From: Bacillus subtilis subsp. subtilis str. 168
GTDB taxonomy: Bacteria; Bacillota; Bacilli; Bacillales; Bacillaceae
DNA length: 32,000 nucleotides
Direction: 5' to 3'
Assembly (NCBI RefSeq): GCF_000009045.1
Contig: NC_000964.3
Coordinates: forward strand, 1,470,001 to 1,502,000
In this document: piece after piece, positions 9,137 to 17,005 of the stretch
How positions within the stretch are numbered: position 1 is the first letter of the stretch
Layout: each line of letters opens with the position of its first letter
Notes under the pieces: generated by a model
Told to the model about the DNA's origin: nothing
Databases searched by the model: none
The model's input: only the letters and a program-made list of their open reading frames with translations
Program-made: the position numbers and the translations under genes

Positions 9137-10867
9137 ATGGACGAGATGGTATTATTAACTCAGGAATGGCTCAATGAAACGTACAAAGGAAAAAGTGGCT
9201 ACAATTCCATTGAGGAAAATGGGAAAACTGGCTGGAAAACAATGTATGCATTAACTAGAGCATTACAACTAGAATTGGGAATTACACAGACTTCCGACAG
9301 TTTTGGTCCTACAACTTTAAGAAAGCTTAAAGAATTAGGCCCGATTTCTACGTCAACTAATTCAAAAAAAAATATTGTGAAAATTATTCAAGGTGCTCTT
9401 TATTGTAAAGGTTATGGTCCAGGTGGATTAACGGGTACATTTGGTCAGGGAACGAAAGAGGCGATAGCAGAAATGCAATTGCATATGGGGCTTTCTAAAA
9501 CAGACGGTGTAGTAACGCCTAAGGTGTTTAAAGCTTTATTAAACATGGACTCTTATATCCTTTTAAATGGGGCGTCAGAGAAAGTTCGTTCAATACAGCA
9601 ATGGCTAAATAATAAATATTACAATAGAGAGAATTTCTACTTTATGCCCTGTGATGGCCTGTATTCAAGGGATACTCAAAAGTCTCTTGTTTATGCAATA
9701 CAGTACGAGGAAGGGTTAAGTGATAGTATAGCTAATGGGAATTTTGGACCAACTACTCAAAGATTGATTCCTGTATTAAGAATTGGAGAAACAGATGAAA
9801 AAAACAGTTTTATTCATTTATTTCAAGCTGCTCTAATCTTTAATGGCTACAATGTTCCTTTTGATGGAGTATACTCTGAATCTGTAAGATCAAAAGTAAA
9901 GGCTTTTCAGTCTTTTGCAAAATTACAACAGAGTGGTACTGCCGACTTTCAAACATGGGCTTCACTTCTAGTAAGTACTGGAGACCCCAATCGAAAAGGA
10001 GTTGCTTGTGACTCAATTACTCAAATTACATCGGACAGGGCGGAGTCCCTTAAGAGGGCAGGTTATAAGATTGTAGGGCGGTATCTAACAAATGCGCCGG
10101 GGAGTACACTAAATAAAAAAATACAACCAGGTGAATTAGAAACTATCTTAAAATCAGGTTTAAATGTTTTTCCGATTTATCAAACCTATGGGGGAGCAAC
10201 AAATTATTTTAATAAAGAACAAGGAAAGAAAGATGCGTTTGCTGCTTATAAAGCAGCAAAAGAATACGGGTTTAAAAATAACACTGTAATATACTTTGCA
10301 GTAGATTATGATGCATATGGTAACGATTTAAACAACAATATTATTCCACACTTCGAAGGTATAAATGAAATAATGAACGGTTTTTTAGGTTCAACTTACA
10401 AAATTGGTATTTATGCCCCTAGGAATGTATGTACTATAGTTTCTAAAAAAGGTTTAGCATTTGCAAGTTTTGTAAGTGGTATGTCTACTGGCTTTAGCGG
10501 AAACTTAGGATATCCTTTGCCTTACAATTGGGCGTTTGACCAAATTTCAACAATTACTGTTGGAAATGGTTCTGGAATGATTGAAATTGATAATGATATT
10601 TGTTCAGGTTTGGATAATGGAGTTAATACCATAAATATAGTGCCTTCAGAGAATAAGAAGTTTTTTGATCAAATTGATGTTTTATATGAAACTGCTGAAA
10701 AATATGCTCAAATGCAAAGCGACTTAAATAATGGGGTAAAAAAAACACAATTAGCTAATGAGTTGGTTGCCCAGTATTTAAGAAAGGATGACTACAAAGG
10801 GTGGAAGTGGGTCCCTACCGCAGGCCAGATTGATCCTATTTATCGTGAATGGGCAGTAAAGCGCTAG
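9137..10867 (+). CDS. ykuG: YkuG N-terminal part: several peptidoglycan-binding-like repeats plus a DUF1906 glycoside-hydrolase-like domain
   Basis: ATG at 9137 has SD GGAGGAAGG (the track's ATG at 9092 does not). Repeats of the type 'G..G.FG..T..A....Q'; 'GYKIVGRYLTN...GLNVFPIYQTYGG...VIYFAVDYDAYG...KIGIYAP'. Ends in TAG 10865-10867. Confidence 0.85.
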   Translation: MDEMVLLTQEWLNETYKGKSGYNSIEENGKTGWKTMYALTRALQLELGITQTSDSFGPTTLRKLKELGPISTSTNSKKNIVKIIQGALYCKGYGPGGLTGTFGQGTKEAIAEMQLHMGLSKTDGVVTPKVFKALLNMDSYILLNGASEKVRSIQQWLNNKYYNRENFYFMPCDGLYSRDTQKSLVYAIQYEEGLSDSIANGNFGPTTQRLIPVLRIGETDEKNSFIHLFQAALIFNGYNVPFDGVYSESVRSKVKAFQSFAKLQQSGTADFQTWASLLVSTGDPNRKGVACDSITQITSDRAESLKRAGYKIVGRYLTNAPGSTLNKKIQPGELETILKSGLNVFPIYQTYGGATNYFNKEQGKKDAFAAYKAAKEYGFKNNTVIYFAVDYDAYGNDLNNNIIPHFEGINEIMNGFLGSTYKIGIYAPRNVCTIVSKKGLAFASFVSGMSTGFSGNLGYPLPYNWAFDQISTITVGNGSGMIEIDNDICSGLDNGVNTINIVPSENKKFFDQIDVLYETAEKYAQMQSDLNNGVKKTQLANELVAQYLRKDDYKGWKWVPTAGQIDPIYREWAVKR

Positions 10868-11451
10868 GGGAAGACCTAGTAAATGGAATTGTTGATCCTA
10901 TATCAAAAACTGTCATAGGAACGCAGCATCTTATGGCAACTTATAATGCCATTATTTATAGTGGTGGTTACTCTCAAACACTACGAGATTTTGCTGGTTG
11001 GACTGGAGATCTATTAACAACAATACAGGACATGAAATTACACGCTCAAGAATTTAATTCGCCTTATGATGCGGCTATGAAAATAATAGGTAATATGTAT
11101 CAATTTAGCCTAGATGATTTATTTAGTGATGTAGATGCAATTAATCTAGCGAATAAAACATCAGTTGGTGCTAATGCACAACCTCTAAATATCGCAATTA
11201 GAGATTATTATAGTAATAATGACTGTATGAATAGGTTCACTCAATTTGTAAATAATAGATTTGATGGTTCGTTAGACAAAATTTTCTCTGAAGCAGAGTA
11301 TTATTTAAATACAAACCTTGACCCAGTTGTTGTTCCAATTAGGTTAGCCTTTAAACGTGCTTTTGATGTTGAGGATTATAGTGAAGAGATTGGAAAAATA
11401 ACAGCACAAGCATTTAGAGATGTTATCGAGAAAAAAATGATATCTGAATAA
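10849..11451 (+). CDS. YkuG C-terminal part in a different frame, likely continuous with the upstream ORF if a 1-nt frameshift is resolved
   Basis: 200-aa ORF, 'ALGEDLVNGIVDPISKTVIGTQHLMATYNAIIYSGGYSQTLRDFAGWTGDLLTTIQD...'. It overlaps the upstream ORF by 19 nt and has no SD at its ATG. Confidence 0.6.
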   Translation: MGSKALGEDLVNGIVDPISKTVIGTQHLMATYNAIIYSGGYSQTLRDFAGWTGDLLTTIQDMKLHAQEFNSPYDAAMKIIGNMYQFSLDDLFSDVDAINLANKTSVGANAQPLNIAIRDYYSNNDCMNRFTQFVNNRFDGSLDKIFSEAEYYLNTNLDPVVVPIRLAFKRAFDVEDYSEEIGKITAQAFRDVIEKKMISE

Positions 11452-11456
11452 ACTGC

Positions 11457-11495
11457 AAAACAAGCGAACGTTAAAACTGGTCGTTCGCTTGTTTT
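11457..11495 (+). terminator. Strong intrinsic terminator after the ykuG region
   Basis: 14-bp perfect stem AAAACAAGCGAACG / CGTTCGCTTGTTTT, then ATTTT. Confidence 0.9.
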
Positions 11496-11546
11496 ATTTT
11501 CTATTTAAATTTATGATATAATTTTTAAAGATTAAGGAGTGATTCA

Positions 11547-12095
11547 TTGAAGAAATTGTTAAAAAAGTTAGTTGTATTATTTTTAAGCAGTTTAGTTATC
11601 ATCTTTAATGTTTGGTACTTTATTATTTGTGCTTTTTCCCCAGAGTATTATCAAAATACAAATCTTACTTCTAATGAAATAATAAGATTTGAAAAACTAT
11701 ACCACATAGATTTTCCTGATGAAACAAAATTTATTAAAGCTAGAGAGTATTTGGCTGGGCCCGGAGGAGATACGTCAGCTGTATTATATGTGTCTCTGCC
11801 AACCAAGCGGGTAGAAAAAGTTTTATCTGATTACACGTATATGAAAATAAACTATACTGACAATGTCGGTTCAATGTATGGAGTTGACGTTTCAAAGAGT
11901 GTCGCCGGTTTAACAACTCTTACATTTGGCACTTACGATAAAAAAGGAACTTTCTATAATATGAAACATGATGATGATTGGATGTATAAAGGCACTGACT
12001 GGAATCTTTACTTTTGGACAGCTGCTAGTTATAATGCTGTTATTTTTGTATTTGTTTTGGTTATTGTGAAACAAATGAATAAAATTCTTAATTAA
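11547..12095 (+). CDS. ykuH: Small membrane-anchored protein YkuH with two predicted transmembrane segments
   Basis: TTG start with SD AAGGAG; 182 aa; hydrophobic 'LVVLFLSSLVIIFNVWYFIICAF' near the N-terminus and 'ASYNAVIFVFVLVIV' near the C-terminus. Confidence 0.85.
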   Translation: MKKLLKKLVVLFLSSLVIIFNVWYFIICAFSPEYYQNTNLTSNEIIRFEKLYHIDFPDETKFIKAREYLAGPGGDTSAVLYVSLPTKRVEKVLSDYTYMKINYTDNVGSMYGVDVSKSVAGLTTLTFGTYDKKGTFYNMKHDDDWMYKGTDWNLYFWTAASYNAVIFVFVLVIVKQMNKILN

Positions 12096-12247
12096 CCAGT
12101 ATGTAGATTGATAATCTCAAAAAAATTTTCCTCTTCTTTTAACATACTCCATACGACCTACTTTTCCATACTATGATTTTTTTGAAATTTGTGGTGTAGT
12201 TATAATTGTGCGTATAATCAGACAAAGATAGAGAAGCAGGTGATAAC

Positions 12248-13471
12248 ATGTTGGATCCACTTGATATTTTAACGAACATTGATGATGTCCTTCCATATTA
12301 CCAGGCGATTTTTAGTGCCGAGGAGCAGAAGGTTGTCGGATATGAGGTGCTTGGACGAATTTTGGCAGATTCAGAAATCCAAAGTCTCGGGCCCTTCTTT
12401 TTAGATGCGGGGATACCCGAAGAATATAAATTAGAGGTTGATAACAGAATTATCCGCCAGGCTCTTGACCGCTTTTTAGAGGCGGATTCTGATCTGCTGA
12501 TTTTTATGAATCAGGATGCCAATCTGCTGATGCTGGATCATGGTGAAAGCTTTCTGGAGCTTCTGAAAGAATATGAAGCGAAGGGAATCGAACTCCACCG
12601 TTTTGTGCTTGAAATTACAGAGCACAATTTTGAAGGGGATATTGAGCAGCTCTACCATATGCTTGCATACTATCGTACATACGGAATTAAAATCGCAGTT
12701 GACAACATCGGAAAAGAAAGCAGCAACTTGGACAGAATCGCGCTGCTCTCACCAGATCTGTTAAAAATCGATTTGCAGGCGCTGAAAGTGTCACAGCCGT
12801 CACCGTCATATGAGCATGTGCTGTACAGCATATCTTTATTAGCAAGAAAAATCGGTGCGGCGCTGCTGTATGAAGACATTGAGGCGAACTTCCAGCTTCA
12901 GTACGCCTGGAGAAACGGAGGCCGCTATTTTCAGGGCTATTACTTAGTGTCTCCATCTGAAACGTTTCTAGAGAGAGATGTATTGAAACAAAGACTTAAA
13001 ACTGAATTTCACCAATTTATCACACATGAGAAAAAGAAACTGGAGACCGTCTATGAGCACTCTGAACAGTTTTACAAACGAGTGCATCAGGCTGTGACCT
13101 CTTTGAGAAAAAACAATCTGTCTTCTGATGATGACTTTATTAAAAAGCTGGCGGAAGAGCTGACAGATTGCAGCTTCAGGATTTACATGTGTGATGAAGA
13201 AGGCGATCAGCTGACGGGAAATGTGTTTAAGCAAGATGGAGAATGGATTTATCAGCCGGAATATGCGGAAAAGAACTGGAGCTGGCGCCCTTATTTTCTG
13301 GAGAACATTATGAGAATGAGAAATCTCAGAAAAGGTTTTTTCAGTGATCTGTACAGTGATTTGGAAACAGGTGAAATGATCAGAACGTTTTCATATCCGA
13401 TGGATGATCAGATGTATTTATTTATAGACTTGCCTTATTCTTATTTATATGAGCAGGACGGACTGATTTAA
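12248..13471 (+). CDS. ykuI: EAL-domain c-di-GMP-binding protein YkuI
   Basis: 407 aa; EAL-like 'GYEVLGRILADSE', 'LEITEHN', 'KIAVDNIGKESSNLDRIALLSPDLLKIDL'. Confidence 0.93.
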   Translation: MLDPLDILTNIDDVLPYYQAIFSAEEQKVVGYEVLGRILADSEIQSLGPFFLDAGIPEEYKLEVDNRIIRQALDRFLEADSDLLIFMNQDANLLMLDHGESFLELLKEYEAKGIELHRFVLEITEHNFEGDIEQLYHMLAYYRTYGIKIAVDNIGKESSNLDRIALLSPDLLKIDLQALKVSQPSPSYEHVLYSISLLARKIGAALLYEDIEANFQLQYAWRNGGRYFQGYYLVSPSETFLERDVLKQRLKTEFHQFITHEKKKLETVYEHSEQFYKRVHQAVTSLRKNNLSSDDDFIKKLAEELTDCSFRIYMCDEEGDQLTGNVFKQDGEWIYQPEYAEKNWSWRPYFLENIMRMRNLRKGFFSDLYSDLETGEMIRTFSYPMDDQMYLFIDLPYSYLYEQDGLI

Positions 13472-13493
13472 CGGCTGAAAGGCCGTTTTTTTT
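13470..13493 (+). terminator. Intrinsic terminator of ykuI
   Basis: AACGGC-tgaaag-GCCGTT followed by TTTTTT, overlapping the ykuI stop codon. Confidence 0.85.
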
Positions 13494-13521
13494 ATGAAAT
13501 GAAAAAAATATCAAAAAACGA

Positions 13522-13550
13522 TTGACATTGATACTGAGAATCATTATCAT
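13522..13550 (+). promoter_or_regulatory. fsrA promoter with overlapping Fur box
   Basis: TTGACA (13522-13527), 17 nt, TATCAT (13545-13550). Fur box TGAGAATCATTATCA at 13535-13549 covers the -10. Confidence 0.9.
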
Positions 13551-13556
13551 TTAATT

Positions 13557-13642
13557 ATAGAGAGAAGCTACTCTCTGTTCCCCAACCCCTCTATCAGATC
13601 AAGATCCGAAAAAACTTGGCGCTACCCCCGCCAAGTTTTTTA
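13557..13642 (+). ncRNA. fsrA: FsrA, Fur-regulated iron-sparing small RNA
   Basis: 5' hairpin AGAGAG-aagcta-CTCTCT, unpaired C-rich tracts (TTCCCCAACCCCTC, CTACCCCC), intrinsic terminator AACTTGGCG/CGCCAAGTTTTTT. Lies between ykuI and ykuJ as known for FsrA. Confidence 0.92.
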
Positions 13643-14116
13643 TTTGTCAAAGCATAGGACAATCCAATGAAACAATAAACCTAACTAGTGGTAAACGTTT
13701 AACACGGGGAGAAACATTGAGTGCCGAACACCCCTGACACTGCTGCACGGGTGAGGAGGAAAATTCGTTCTGAAATGATTATTTCAGTTCCGTTGTTTAC
13801 CTCTATCCAGCATGACTCCCATTGATTATGGCCACGCGGGACTTCACCATAAAATTCAAAAGAAGGTTTTGACAAAGTTGCAAAAAGGCATTCTTAATGC
13901 TGCCAAAGATTCGAAAAAAATTATAATTATGTGCATGACATTCAAAAAAAGCCTCAAACTAAAGAAAAATAGTTTTTTTCACTTTTTTTCTTTGCTTAAA
14001 TTCAGCAGTGAAAATGCCATCCTGTCCGACTTTATGGTATGATGCTCAATAGAACTTGTATTATAATAAATACTTGTTGATTTGAAGTTGCTTTTTGAAA
14101 GGAGTCTTTTTTTAGA

Positions 14117-14356
14117 ATGTCACAATTAATGGGTATCATCACACGGCTGCAAAGTCTGCAAGAAACAGCGGAAGCGGCTAACGAGCCAATGCAGCGTTAT
14201 TTCGAAGTGAATGGTGAGAAAATATGCAGTGTTAAATATTTCGAAAAAAATCAAACGTTTGAACTGACGGTTTTCCAAAAGGGTGAAAAACCTAACACAT
14301 ATCCGTTTGATAATATCGACATGGTTTCCATCGAAATCTTTGAACTTCTTCAGTAA
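14117..14356 (+). CDS. ykuJ: Conserved small protein YkuJ
   Basis: 79 aa; upstream GAAAGGAG; synteny. Confidence 0.85.
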   Translation: MSQLMGIITRLQSLQETAEAANEPMQRYFEVNGEKICSVKYFEKNQTFELTVFQKGEKPNTYPFDNIDMVSIEIFELLQ

Positions 14357-14465
14357 GATTCCTGAAATAGGGGGAACAAGCTTCCGCCTTTGCAAAAGTA
14401 ATCGAAATAAACGGTAAGGAACATACTTGTTTCATGGTTGTAAATCCTTGAAAAGGAGTGTCGTG

Positions 14466-14984
14466 ATGGCTGATTCTTTTCTGTTTTATAATCTTTCAGA
14501 AGCACAGATGACCTTTCAAGATGTGATGGAACGGCTTAAAGCCTTTGTTCAAAAGGACCCCCGTTCTTCTTATGTGTTATCGATCGGAACCGATTCACAG
14601 GTTTACCGCGATTACACAAAGTTTATTACCGCATTGCATTTGCATCGTACAGGCAAGGGAGCTTGGGGCTGCTTGAAAAATCATACAGTCGACAGACCCA
14701 TACATAGCCTTCGGGAGAAGATTTCGTTAGAAACGGCGTACAGCCAAGAAACGGCCGCTCATATTCTTGATGGACACTTAATGGATATTACCGATCTGCT
14801 CCTGCCCTTTACCGGTGAGGGGGCGGATCTTACCTTTGAAGTTCACTTGGATATTGGGAAAAAAGGGCTTACAAAAGATCTGATCCAAGAAATGACTGGA
14901 CGTATTACCTCCATGGGGATTGAGGCCAAAATAAAGCCGGATTCATACACTGCCTTCAGCTATGCAAATCGTTTCACAAAATAA
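14466..14984 (+). CDS. ykuK: YkuK, DUF458 / RNase H-like conserved protein
   Basis: SD AAAGGAG upstream of ATG 14466 (172 aa); 'SYVLSIGTDSQVYRDYTKFITALHLHRTGKG'. Confidence 0.85.
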   Translation: MADSFLFYNLSEAQMTFQDVMERLKAFVQKDPRSSYVLSIGTDSQVYRDYTKFITALHLHRTGKGAWGCLKNHTVDRPIHSLREKISLETAYSQETAAHILDGHLMDITDLLLPFTGEGADLTFEVHLDIGKKGLTKDLIQEMTGRITSMGIEAKIKPDSYTAFSYANRFTK

Positions 14985-15117
14985 TTTGGCTGAAAAAGCC
15001 AAGGTAAATGTCGAATTATGCGGTTGACGTTTGTTATCTGATTACTTATTCTAGCGGTAGAGCTGAAAGTAAGTTGTCTTGCTTTCAGAGGTATTCAGTA
15101 TAAAACAGGGGGCCTGA

Positions 15118-15315
15118 TTGCGAATGAGTCTTATCGGTGAACGATTTACAGAAGAAGAACAAAAACTTCTGCTGAATATCCTGATCAACCATGAGTATGC
15201 CATCGAGCTATTAAGCAGTGAGATCAACGATATAGAGACAGGGACCAAAAACGTTGACGGAACCACCTACAAAAAACTTGTAACGCTATACGACCGATTT
15301 CGATTTGAAAATTAA
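15118..15315 (+). CDS. ykzF: Small conserved protein YkzF (TTG start at 15118 or ATG at 15124)
   Basis: 65-aa ORF behind AGGGGGC; synteny. Confidence 0.75.
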   Translation: MRMSLIGERFTEEEQKLLLNILINHEYAIELLSSEINDIETGTKNVDGTTYKKLVTLYDRFRFEN

Positions 15316-15452
15316 TGGGACACCCTATAATTGATACTCCACAAAGAGTATCTTTTTTATTGAAAGGAAACTTTTCGACAAATACTGATAAAGTTTATAT
15401 TATTGCAATATAGGGAATGTATTGATGATGAAAATGAAAAGGGGTCGAAAAC

Positions 15453-15896
15453 ATGATAAGCTTACAATCAGATCAACTTCTTGAGGCAACAGTCGGACAA
15501 TTTATGATTGAGGCGGACAAAGTAGCGCACGTGCAAGTCGGAAATAACCTTGAGCATGCATTATTAGTATTGACAAAAACCGGATACACAGCCATCCCGG
15601 TTCTGGATCCTTCCTACCGTTTACATGGCTTAATCGGGACAAATATGATCATGAACAGTATTTTTGGACTTGAGCGAATTGAGTTTGAAAAGCTTGACCA
15701 AATCACTGTTGAGGAAGTCATGCTGACCGACATTCCGCGCCTTCATATCAATGATCCGATTATGAAGGGATTCGGCATGGTCATTAATAACGGATTTGTC
15801 TGTGTTGAAAATGACGAGCAGGTATTTGAAGGGATTTTTACGAGAAGAGTCGTTTTAAAGGAATTGAATAAGCATATACGCTCATTGAATAAGTAG
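15453..15896 (+). CDS. darB: CBS-pair protein DarB (YkuL), c-di-AMP receptor
   Basis: 147 aa with two CBS repeats ('GYTAIPVLDPSYRLHGLIGTNMIMNSIFG', 'GFVCVENDEQVFEGIFTRRVVLKELN'); SD AAAAGGGG. Confidence 0.9.
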   Translation: MISLQSDQLLEATVGQFMIEADKVAHVQVGNNLEHALLVLTKTGYTAIPVLDPSYRLHGLIGTNMIMNSIFGLERIEFEKLDQITVEEVMLTDIPRLHINDPIMKGFGMVINNGFVCVENDEQVFEGIFTRRVVLKELNKHIRSLNK

Positions 15897-16044
15897 GCTG
15901 TACGGTCCTATTTTTATTATATAGGCAGAGTGAAAAAAGAAAGCGCATACATAATTTAAACGAGAATAGGGCTTGAATAAGAAACTAAGATTTTATTAGA
16001 ATGGGAGATAAGAAAAACTTATTGATAACAAAAAGGAGGACGAC

Positions 16045-16926
16045 ATGCAGCTTCAAGAGCTTCATATGCTCGTAGTTTTAGCTGAGGAATTAAATATGAG
16101 AAAGGCGGCAGAACGGCTTTTTGTATCTCAGCCGGCTTTATCTCAGCGCTTACAAACCATTGAAAAGGCGTGGGGAACAAAAATCTTTTTAAGATCTCAA
16201 AAAGGATTAACGGTAACGCCCGCCGGTGAGAAAATCATTCAGTTTGCGAATGATGTGACATTAGAGCAGGAAAGAATAAGAGAAAATATTGACGAGCTTG
16301 AAGGTGAAATTCACGGCACATTGAAGCTTGCCGTCGCCTCCATAATCGGTCAGCATTGGCTCCCTAAAGTCCTGAAGACGTATGTGGAAAAGTATCCGAA
16401 TGCAAAGATCTCGCTCATAACCGGGTGGAGCAGCGAAATGCTGAAAAGCTTGTATGAGGATCAGGTTCATATCGGCATTATAAGAGGCAACCCTGAGTGG
16501 AAGGGGCGCAAAGATTACTTAATGACAGATCATCTGTATTTAGTGGATACTGAAATTTCCTGCATCGAAGATATTGCCCATACAGAACGTCCGTTTATCC
16601 AGTTTAAAAGTGACAGCACTTATTTTCAGGAAATTCAGCACTGGTGGCATCAAAAATTTAAAACGTCGCCGAAACAGACGATATTGGTTGATCAGATTGA
16701 AACGTGCAAACAGATGGCGCTGCACGGAATCGGTTATGCCATTTTGCCGTCTGTTACCCTTCAAAATGAAGATAAAGTGAATAAAATGCCTCTTTTAGAC
16801 ATGAAAGGGCATCCGATCGGTCGGGATACATGGTTATTAGGTTATGAGCCTGCCTTTGAACTGAAACAAGTTCAAGCTTTTGTACAAGTGATAAAGGATA
16901 TGCTGGATCAGGAAAATCCATTTTAA
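16045..16926 (+). CDS. ccpC: LysR-family regulator CcpC
   Basis: 293 aa; N-terminal LysR HTH 'MQLQELHMLVVLAEELNMRKAAERLFVSQPALSQRLQTIEKAWGTKIFLRSQKG'. Confidence 0.92.
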   Translation: MQLQELHMLVVLAEELNMRKAAERLFVSQPALSQRLQTIEKAWGTKIFLRSQKGLTVTPAGEKIIQFANDVTLEQERIRENIDELEGEIHGTLKLAVASIIGQHWLPKVLKTYVEKYPNAKISLITGWSSEMLKSLYEDQVHIGIIRGNPEWKGRKDYLMTDHLYLVDTEISCIEDIAHTERPFIQFKSDSTYFQEIQHWWHQKFKTSPKQTILVDQIETCKQMALHGIGYAILPSVTLQNEDKVNKMPLLDMKGHPIGRDTWLLGYEPAFELKQVQAFVQVIKDMLDQENPF

Positions 16927-16951
16927 AGACAGCGAGGTGCTGTCTTTTTTT
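16925..16951 (+). terminator. Intrinsic terminator of ccpC
   Basis: AAAGACAGC-gaggt-GCTGTCTTT followed by TTTTT. Confidence 0.9.
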
Positions 16952-16968
16952 TATTTATCTGTTGACAA

Positions 16969-16983
16969 TGAAAATCATTATCA
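16969..16983 (+). promoter_or_regulatory. Fur box 1 upstream of ykuN
   Basis: TGAAAATCATTATCA; compare 7-1-7 consensus TGATAATNATTATCA. Confidence 0.88.
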
Positions 16984-17005
16984 TTTAAAGTGATACATAT
17001 GATAT

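Noticed and set aside
10849-10867. Programmed -1 ribosomal frameshift in ykuG
   Set aside because: No canonical slippery heptamer in GAATGGGCAGTAAAGCGCTAG and no obvious strong downstream stem or pseudoknot; a simple indel is more economical.
9092-11451. Prophage remnant or complete toxin-antitoxin/defence island
   Set aside because: No integrase, portal, capsid, transposase, tRNA att site or direct-repeat boundary is visible. Only two genes are present and toxicity or immunity cannot be shown from sequence.
12573-12956. Overlapping ORFs antisense or alternate-frame to ykuI (and similar ones inside kinA, dapH, fadH, moeA, moeB, yknU)
   Set aside because: Fully contained in well-supported genes, no RBS or conserved motifs; expected by-products of moderately GC-rich coding sequence.
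13689-13704. CcpA cre site reading of TGGTAAACGTTTAACA
   Set aside because: It has the central CG and symmetry but mismatches conserved cre positions (extra base in each arm). Reported only as an unassigned palindrome.
13812-14042. 76-aa track ORF between fsrA and ykuJ
   Set aside because: No properly spaced Shine-Dalgarno, and the C-terminal half is a translated A/T-rich stretch (KKSLKLKKNSFFHFFSLLKFSS). Not called as a CDS, only mentioned as a possible coupled ORF.
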